From Corallococcus sp. 4LFB (lineage in GTDB: Bacteria; Myxococcota; Myxococcia; Myxococcales; Myxococcaceae), in the NCBI RefSeq assembly GCF_046520365.1, contig NZ_JBKGHJ010000051.1:1-26875 (forward strand): a stretch of 26,875 bases of DNA. Reading direction: 5' to 3'. The translations under genes and the position numbers were made by a program. The notes beneath the pieces were generated by a model. That model was not told the origin of the DNA. It ran no database searches and was given only the letters and a program-made list of their open reading frames with translations. Positions 13,554 through 20,188 of the stretch are shown in pieces; the stretch's first letter is position 1, and every line of letters starts with the position of its first letter.

Positions 13554-15832
13554 GTGCCGTCCGCCCCCAGCACCGAAGCCATCCAGCGCATCTCCCTGAA
13601 GAACCGCGAGTACGCCTACATCGAGGACGCCAACCGCGGCGTCGTGCTGATGGAGGTGGGCCCGCGCGTGCTGACGCTGGAGGCGCACCTGACGCTCGTG
13701 GCGAAGGAGCGGATGGTGGAGGTGGGCGCCGGCAGCTGGTGCGTGGTGCGCAACCCCGTGGTGCGCGTGGACGGGCAGGTGGCGCTGGACGACTTCGGCC
13801 AGGCCCGCGTCGCGGTGGGCGACCGCGAGGTCCGCGTGGGCCCGAAGGTGTTCCCGCTGTACCCCGGCGAGGAGCTGGAGGGCGACATCGTCCCGGAGTA
13901 CGTCCTGGGCGTGTCGGAGGCGCTGCGGCTGCGCGCGCTCACCGCCTTCATGGACACCAGCGCCCCGGACGCGCCCGCCGCCGCGAGGCCGGTGACGAGT
14001 GGCTGGTGCGCGGCCCCGGCCGCTACGTGCCAGGCGAGGCCGTCACCGTCGTGTCGCTGGAGAAGGCTCGCGTCCTCAAGGAGACCGAGTACTGCGTCAT
14101 CCTCAATCCCGTGGACCGCGCCACCGGCCGCGTCCAGGAGGGCCGCCGCAAGGTCGTCTCCGGGCCGGACGTCTTCTTCCTGGAGCCCGGCGAAGCGCTG
14201 GAAGGGGACGTGCGCCGCAAGCACGTCCTGTCGGAGCTCCAGGGGCTGAAGCTCCAGGCGCTGGATGACCTCTCCGAGAACGAGGGCGGCGAGCCCCGCG
14301 CGCGCAAGGCCGGTGACACGTGGATCGTCCGCGGCCCGCGCACCTACGTGCCCAGCGAGAAGGTCCTCATCCACCGGGAGATCTCCGCGCTGTCGCTGGG
14401 GCAGGGGGAGGGCCTCTACGTGCGCGATTTGCGCTCGGGCAAGGTGTCGCTCGTCCAGGGGCCGTGCCAGTTCATGCCGGAGGCGCACCAGGAGCTGCAC
14501 GAGAAGCGCCTGTCCCCGGACGCGGAGGCGCTGCTGGGCCTTGCTTCGCCGCTGCCGGCTTCGGCGGACGCGAAGGACGTCCGCGCGCCGCGCCCCGCGA
14601 CCCAGGCGGAGAAGGGGGACCGCACGCGCGCCATCGTGCTGCGCATCGAGGACAACACGGCGGTCCTCATCAACGACTTCGAGACCAACCACGCGCGCGT
14701 GGAGTTCGGCCCCGCGAAGGTGATGCTGCGTCCGTACGAGGACGTCACCGTGTTGGACCTGTCCGGCAGCACGCCCAAGCGCCCGCGCCAGCTCAAGGTG
14801 TTGATGCTGCGGCTGGGGCCGGACTTCGCCACGGACCTCTTCGAGGTGGCCACGCGCGACCACGCGCGGCTGCGCATCAAGCTCTCCTACAAGTGGCAGT
14901 TCGACGTGCAGGGCGACCCGGAGAAGGACAAGGCCATCTTCCGGGTGAACGACTTCATCGGGTACGTGTGTGAGAACCTCGCGTCGCGCATCCGCCAGGT
15001 CGCCGCGGAGAACGAGTTCGAGACCTTCCACAAGAACGCCAGCGTGCTCATCCGCCGCGCCATCTTCGGCATGGACGACGCGGGCCGCGCGCGCAAGGAC
15101 CGCCTCTTCTCCGAGAACCAGCTGCGCATCATCGACATCGACATCAAGGACATCGCCCCCGTCGACGAGAAGACGGCCCTGAAGCTGCGCGAGGCCATCG
15201 ACACCAACATCCAGATCCAACTGGACGCCTCACGCCAGGAGGCCCAGGCCGCCGCGGAGCTCAAGCGCATCCGCAGCGAGGAGGAGAAGCAGCTCGCGGA
15301 CATCGCCAGCCACCGCAAGTCGGAAGCCGAACGCCAATCCCTCATCGAACTGCAGAATCGCAATCACCAGCTGGAGACGCTCAGCCGCGCCAAGGTGGAG
15401 GCGGAGGCGCAGCTGGAGCGGGCCCGCGTGGAGAGCGAGGAGGCCCTGGCCCGCGCCGAGTCCGACGCCCGCGCCTCCCGCATCCGCGCCGAGGCGGAGG
15501 CCGAGCGTGAACGGCTCACCACCCAGGTGACGCTGGAGCGCCAGCAGCGCCTCAACGACCTGGAGGTGGAGCGCCAGTCCCGGCTCGCGGAGGTGGAGGC
15601 CTCGCAGTTCCGCCAGCGCGTGGAGTCCCTGGGCGGCGGGGAGAACTTCGTGAAGGCCGTGGCCGCGCAGGCCCAGGCCGCAGTCGTCGGAGGCCTGGAC
15701 AAGGTCGTCTTCCTGCCCAGCGGCTCCAACCTCAACCTCTTCGACGCCATGCAGGGGCTCCTGGGCCCCGGAGGCCAGCCGCGCCTGTCCGCCCACCACA
15801 CCCCGACACCGCCCGGAGACACCTCCGCCTGA
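13554..15832 (+). CDS. Major vault protein (MVP) homologue of about 760 aa. It is interrupted by a single-base frameshift near 13975–13990: 13554–13986 reads in one frame and 13987–15832 in the frame of the ORF 13469..15832.
   Basis: Direct residue-level similarity to vertebrate MVP runs along the whole length. MVP repeat domains: ISLKNREYAYIEDANRGVVLMEVGP…, then …VFPLYPGEELEGDIVPEYVL… (compare human FPLYPGEVLEKDITPLQVV), then AGDEWLVRGPGRYVP (human AGDEWLFEGPGTYIP). Further matches include EYCVILNPV…FFLEPGEALEG…, …AGDTWIVRGPRTYVPSEKV…, and GEGLYVRDLRSGKVSLVQGP (human EGIYVQDVKTGKVRAV). The shoulder domain reads VLMLRLGPDFATDLFEVATRDHARLRIKLSYKWQFDV (human [36 protein letters not shown]). A long coiled-coil cap helix follows. 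The C-terminal cap-ring motif is GSNLNLFDAMQGLLGPGGQP (human [22 protein letters not shown]). Confidence 0.75.
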
Positions 15833-15924
15833 AGCCGACCAGGCGATGCCGCGCATCGGCGGGGCTCGCGGGGCCGGTGGCGCTCACGGGCGCGTCAGAC
15901 GTCTGCCTTTCGGGGCGACGGGCC

Positions 15925-17520
15925 CTACGCGTGCGCCGTCTCGCGCCGCGGGGGCACCTCGCCGCGCAGCTCCGCTACCTCCGCGCGCAGGAGCCAGTCG
16001 GTGGGGAAGTCCGTGGACGCGCGGGCGATCTGCTCCAGCCGCTCGGGGGCCAGCTGCCCCGTCTCGCGGAGGCGGCGCACCTCCGTGTAGAGGGCGGCCA
16101 GCGACGGGTGCAGGGCCTGCGCCTTGCGCTCGCGCGCCTGGGCCTCGCCGTCGCCCGCGGTGAAGGCGTCCAGCTCCCCGAACCACTTGTCCCAGGTGCC
16201 CGGGTCGGCGGGCCCGCCCGCCACGGACGGCAGCCGCTCCGTCAGGTACAGGCGCGCCATGGACGGCAGCGTCAGCTCGCGGTCCGCCAGCTTTCCGCTC
16301 AGGGCAATCACCTCGCCGCCGCCCACCGCGAAGCCCTCCAGCACCAGCCCGCTGTCCAGCGCGAGGCGGAAGCTCCCGCGCTCCGGCAGGGTGCCCTCGC
16401 CAAAGGCGACCAGCGCCGCGCCGGTGAACGGCTTGTCCAGGGCGTGCCCGTCCCGCGACGTGAGGATGGGGCCCTCCAGCCGGGCCAGCGCGGTGGACAG
16501 GCCCGGGGCCACGTCCTTCGGGGCCGGCAGCAGCTCCACCACCTTGCCCGTCACCTCCCGGCCGTCCGCGAGCACCAGGTGGTTGACCGTGCGGGCGCGC
16601 AGCGCCTCGTTGAGGCCCAGGTCCCCGCCGCGCTTCCACGCGAGCGTGGCCTCGAACTCGGCCAGGACCTCGAAGAGGTGTTCAAAGTCGCGCGCCACGA
16701 AGAGCTGCGGCTGCATGCGGGTGATGTCGTAGTCCGTGTCCGCGCACGCCACGCCCAGCGGCAGCTTGTGCACCGCGGACGTCAGGCAGTGCTTCGCCTC
16801 GCCGATGCTGGACAGCAGGCCCGCGCCGTAGATGCGCGGGTGCTTCAGGTCGCCAATCAGCCCGTACTCCGCCGTCCACCAGTACAGGCGGCTCGCGCGG
16901 GTGCTCTCGCTGATGTAGCGGTGGCTGGCGTTGGCGGCCTCCAGGCGGGCCTGGGCGTGGGCAATCTCCTCCTCGGTGGCGGTGGGGTCCTCCTTCACCA
17001 CGGAGAGGTTGCGGATGGCCTCGAAGACGGCCTGGTCCTCCACGCTGGCGATGGCCTTGAACCCCACCAGCCCCACGGCCTTGAGGTACTGCGCGTAGCG
17101 CGCGTTCGCGATGATGGGCGCGTGCCCCGCGCTCTCATGGACGATGTCCGGCGCGGGCGTGTACTGGATGTGCTCGTGCGTGCGGATGTCCGCCGCGATG
17201 GCCAGCACGCCCAGCGCCTGCAGCTCCGTGAAGACGGCCGGCGGGATGAAGCCGCGCACCGCCACGCAGGACCAGCCCAGCTTGGACAGCTTCTCGTTCA
17301 TCTCATCCAGGCTGGGGATGGCCTCCGCGCCAATGCCCGTGGCCTCCAGGCCCTCCAGGTAGACGGGGTGCGCCTTGTCGCTCAGGTGCTCCCGCAGCTG
17401 CCCCAGGATGTGCCGCCACACCGCCTGGTCGCGAGGCGTGTACGCCGCGTAGTCCTGCGACACGACGTAGCGGCGCAGGTGCGCGGGAAGGCGGGCAATG
17501 GTCCGTTCCGTGGGGGTCAT
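15925..17520 (-). CDS. Biopterin-dependent aromatic amino acid hydroxylase (phenylalanine-4-hydroxylase-like) with a long C-terminal extension.
   Basis: 532 aa. The catalytic-domain iron-binding motif is …PDIVHESAGHAPIIAN… (compare EPDICHELLGHVPLF in PAH). A GAAGGAG ribosome-binding site lies 9 nt upstream of the ATG at 17520. Confidence 0.7.
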   Translation of the reverse strand: MTPTERTIARLPAHLRRYVVSQDYAAYTPRDQAVWRHILGQLREHLSDKAHPVYLEGLEATGIGAEAIPSLDEMNEKLSKLGWSCVAVRGFIPPAVFTELQALGVLAIAADIRTHEHIQYTPAPDIVHESAGHAPIIANARYAQYLKAVGLVGFKAIASVEDQAVFEAIRNLSVVKEDPTATEEEIAHAQARLEAANASHRYISESTRASRLYWWTAEYGLIGDLKHPRIYGAGLLSSIGEAKHCLTSAVHKLPLGVACADTDYDITRMQPQLFVARDFEHLFEVLAEFEATLAWKRGGDLGLNEALRARTVNHLVLADGREVTGKVVELLPAPKDVAPGLSTALARLEGPILTSRDGHALDKPFTGAALVAFGEGTLPERGSFRLALDSGLVLEGFAVGGGEVIALSGKLADRELTLPSMARLYLTERLPSVAGGPADPGTWDKWFGELDAFTAGDGEAQARERKAQALHPSLAALYTEVRRLRETGQLAPERLEQIARASTDFPTDWLLRAEVAELRGEVPPRRETAHA

Positions 17521-17612
17521 CGCGGCGGCTCCTTCAAGAGAAACAGGACTCCTGAAGAATACGCATCCCACTGGAAGACGGAAATCCGGCAGAATTCGAC
17601 GTCTTCGTCGGA

Positions 17613-18533
17613 TTATCGTCGCTTGTTCAGGCGACGACGCAGCCCGTCAAGGATGCTCTGGCCCCCGGGGCTGAGGCCGCCGGAGGGCCACAGGGCCACC
17701 ACCTCCACGACCTGGGGCTCCTGTTCGCGCAGGGGCCAGACGTGGAGGTCGGGCGGGAAGGGCTGGGTGGGGCGCACGTCGGGGGCGATGGTGCAGGCCT
17801 TGTAGGCGCGCAGCAGCTCGTAGAGGTGGAGGAAGCTCTCCACGCGGCCGACCTCCGTGACGGAGACGCCGTGGGCGGCGAAGCGCGCGCTGTTGGCGCC
17901 GCCGTAGGGGTCGTCCCGCAGCCAGTCCACGAAGCGCTGGCACCGGAGGTCCTTCACGTCCAGGGAGCGCCGGGAGGGGTGCGCCTTCGCGAGCGCGCAG
18001 TCGGGGCCGGCGATGACCACGAAGGACATGCGCAGCAGGGACTCGGTGTCCACGCCCTCGTGCGGGGGCAGCGGGGTGAAGTCGAGCACCAGGTCCTGCT
18101 GCCGCGTCTGCACCTGCCGCATGAGCTCGTGCGAGCCGCCGAAGCCCACCACCAGCTTGAGGTCGGTGGCGGCGGCGTCCTGCGCGATGCCGCCCAGCAG
18201 GGACATGGAGAGGGTGGGGTTGAGGCCCAGGCGCAGGGTGGGCTCCACGCGGGCCAGGTCCATCAGCCGCTTCACGTCCAGCTGGTGCAGCGGCGTCTGG
18301 GTGCCCGCGTAGAGGCGCTCGCCGCGCGCGGACAGTTGCAGGCGCCGGCCCGGCCCCCGCTCCAGCAGGGCGGCGCCGTCCGCGAGCACCTCCTCCAGGG
18401 CGCGGATGTGCTCGCTCACGACGGAGCGCGCGACGCCCAGGTGCTCCGCGGCGGCGTCGATGCTGCCGGCCTCCACCGCGGCGGTGAAGGACTCGAGCCA
18501 GACCAGGTGTCGCTGGAGCTTGCGCGGGGGCAT
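17613..18533 (-). CDS. LysR-family transcriptional regulator.
   Basis: The N-terminal LysR HTH reads MPPRKLQRHLVWLESFTAAVEAGSIDAAAEHLGVARSVVSEHIRALEEVLADGAALLERG. A C-terminal substrate-binding domain follows. The longer ORF extension (to 18989) overlaps the SDR gene and is rejected. Confidence 0.75.
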   Translation of the reverse strand: MPPRKLQRHLVWLESFTAAVEAGSIDAAAEHLGVARSVVSEHIRALEEVLADGAALLERGPGRRLQLSARGERLYAGTQTPLHQLDVKRLMDLARVEPTLRLGLNPTLSMSLLGGIAQDAAATDLKLVVGFGGSHELMRQVQTRQQDLVLDFTPLPPHEGVDTESLLRMSFVVIAGPDCALAKAHPSRRSLDVKDLRCQRFVDWLRDDPYGGANSARFAAHGVSVTEVGRVESFLHLYELLRAYKACTIAPDVRPTQPFPPDLHVWPLREQEPQVVEVVALWPSGGLSPGGQSILDGLRRRLNKRR

Positions 18534-18547
18534 GGGCGCGGGACGCG

Positions 18548-19369
18548 CTACAGGAAGAAGTCCGGCAGCAGCTCCGCGCCGGGCACGGACTGGTACTTGT
18601 CGAAGTGGGTGACGCCCGCGGCGCGCAGCACCTCGTCGTCGATGCAGAAGTTGCCGGTGAAGGAGCGGCTGGGCTTGGTGAGGATGGCGTAGGCGGCGTC
18701 CGCCATGATCTCCGGGGTGCGGCTGCCCTTGATGGTGTCGTCGCCGCCCAGCAGGTTCTGCACGGCGGCGGTGGCGATGACGGTGCGGGGCCAGAGCGTG
18801 TTGACGGCGATGCCGTCGTCCTTGAGCTCCTCCGCCATGCCCAGGGCGCACAGGCTCATGCCGTACTTCGCGATGGTGTAGGCCACGTGGGGGCCGAACC
18901 AGCGCGGCTCCATGTTGAGCGGCGGCGAGTTGTTGAGGATGTGCGGGTTGGAGGACTTCTTGAGGTACGGGATGCACGCCTGCGAGCACGCGAACGTGCC
19001 GCGCGTGTTGATGCCGTGCATGAGGTCGAAGCGCTTGAGCGGCGTCTCCAGCGTGCCGGTGAGGCTGATGGCGCTGGCGTTGTTCACCAGGATGTCGATG
19101 CCGCCGAAGGTCTCCACGGCCTTGGCGACGGCGGCGTGGATCTGCGCCTCGTCGCGGATGTCCACCACGCAGGGGAGGGCCTTGCCGCCGGCCTCTTCAA
19201 TCTCCTTCGCCGCCGAGTAGATGGTCCCGGGCAGCTTGGGATGCGGGTCGGTCGTCTTGGCCGCGATGACGATGTTGGCGCCGTCGCGGGCCGCGCGCAG
19301 CGCGATGGCCTTGCCGATGCCGCGGCTGGCGCCGGTGATGAAGAGGGTCTTGCCTTGGAGGTTGGACAT
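18548..19369 (-). CDS. SDR-family short-chain dehydrogenase/reductase.
   Basis: It has the TGASRGIGKAIA Rossmann motif, NNAS, and a Y…K catalytic pair (YTIAK). It sits 15 nt upstream of the LysR gene on the same strand. Confidence 0.75.
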   Translation of the reverse strand: MSNLQGKTLFITGASRGIGKAIALRAARDGANIVIAAKTTDPHPKLPGTIYSAAKEIEEAGGKALPCVVDIRDEAQIHAAVAKAVETFGGIDILVNNASAISLTGTLETPLKRFDLMHGINTRGTFACSQACIPYLKKSSNPHILNNSPPLNMEPRWFGPHVAYTIAKYGMSLCALGMAEELKDDGIAVNTLWPRTVIATAAVQNLLGGDDTIKGSRTPEIMADAAYAILTKPSRSFTGNFCIDDEVLRAAGVTHFDKYQSVPGAELLPDFFL

Positions 19370-19459
19370 GGGGCGCATCCTCGCCCAGTCCTCCACCGCG
19401 TGCATCAGGAAGCCACCCGGGACGCGGGGGCCGCGAGGGCCCCCGGCCCGGATTGTCGG

Positions 19460-20083
19460 CTACTGCGTGATGCAGGTGATGGTCTCGAGCATCGTCACGT
19501 TGGCGTTACCCGTGGTGTTCCAGGGGCCCACGCCATTGGTGCCAACGATGTACGTGTACGCGGAGCCCCGGATGGCGGTGGTGAAGCTGCGAGCGCCGAG
19601 GTGGCCCAGGTCCTGGCAGAAGCGGCGGGCGGTATCGGAGGCAGTGCTGAAGTTCCCGGTGGGGTAGTTCGGCTGGATGGTGCCCACCTGGTAGCCATTC
19701 TTCGTCGGCGTCGTGTACGTGACGTCCGAATCGGAGGTGATGCAGGTGATGGTTTCAAGCATCGTCACGTTCGCGTTGCCGGTGGTGTTCCACGGCCCCA
19801 CGCCACTCGCTCCGACGATGTATGTGTACGCGGAGCCCCGGATGGCGGTGGTGAAGCTCTGCGCGCCGCCGTAGCCCTGGTCCTGACAGAAGCGGCGGGC
19901 GGTATCGGCGGCAGTGCTGAAGTTCCCGGTGGGGTAGTTCGGCTGGATGGTGCCAATCTGATAGCCATTGACCTTGGGCGTCACATAGGTCTGGTACGTG
20001 TCAGCGCTGGCTGACGACGCGAAGCCCACGACGAAGAGCACGGACACGAAGAGGGAGGGGAGACCGCTGCCGCGACGAAGCAT
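19460..20083 (-). CDS. Secreted protein made of two tandem ~88-aa repeats. Function unknown.
   Basis: The signal peptide is MLRRGSGLPSLFVSVLFVVGFASSASA. It is followed by two near-identical modules (Y.TY.TP.KNGYQ.GTIQPNYPTGNFSTA.DTARRFCQD.G..GA.SFTTAIRGSAYTYIVG..GVGPWNTTGNANVTMLETITCIT). A GAGGA ribosome-binding site lies 4 nt before the ATG at 20083. The ORF extension to 21541 overlaps the aminopeptidase gene and is rejected. Confidence 0.5.
   Translation of the reverse strand: MLRRGSGLPSLFVSVLFVVGFASSASADTYQTYVTPKVNGYQIGTIQPNYPTGNFSTAADTARRFCQDQGYGGAQSFTTAIRGSAYTYIVGASGVGPWNTTGNANVTMLETITCITSDSDVTYTTPTKNGYQVGTIQPNYPTGNFSTASDTARRFCQDLGHLGARSFTTAIRGSAYTYIVGTNGVGPWNTTGNANVTMLETITCITQ
19466..19993. 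repeat. Tandem direct DNA repeat, 2 × ~264 bp at about 85–90% identity, inside the secreted repeat-protein gene.
   Basis: By eye, 19466–19729 aligns with 19730–19993. For example, ggtgatgcaggtgatggtctcgagcatcgtcacgttggcgtt aligns with ggtgatgcaggtgatggtttcaagcatcgtcacgttcgcgtt. Confidence 0.6.
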
Positions 20084-20188
20084 GTATTCCTCGGTTTGTA
20101 GCTGAAACGGGGGGGGCGGGACCGTAGCGGCTCCCCTGGCTGAATGCATCCCGCGTGAGACGTAGGCGCCTGGTCTAGGCTGCGGCCC

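Noticed and set aside
13616-15220. 534-aa minus-strand ORF antisense to the MVP homologue.
   Set aside because: The MVP strand shows residue-level homology throughout. The antisense translation is low complexity (LVDGGDVLDVDVDDAQLVL…) and has no features.
17613-17640. 7-bp inverted repeat TCGTCGC…GCGACGA at the 3' end of the LysR gene.
   Set aside because: It lies inside the last codons of the LysR ORF rather than downstream of the stop. No U-tract follows, so I do not call it a terminator.
15877-17805. 642-aa plus-strand ORF and 15884..16639 (−), overlapping the phenylalanine hydroxylase gene.
   Set aside because: Antisense or alternative-frame shadow ORFs that are Arg/Gly/Pro-rich. The PAH frame carries the iron-binding HESAGH motif.
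18605-20014. 469-aa plus-strand ORF across the SDR gene and the repeat-protein gene. Also the N-terminal 480 aa of the minus ORF 19460..21541 (above 20083).
   Set aside because: It is antisense to the SDR and to the secreted repeat protein, or overlaps the M1 aminopeptidase, which has intact HEXXH and GTMEH motifs. It has a Gly/Ala/Asp/Val-rich junk composition.
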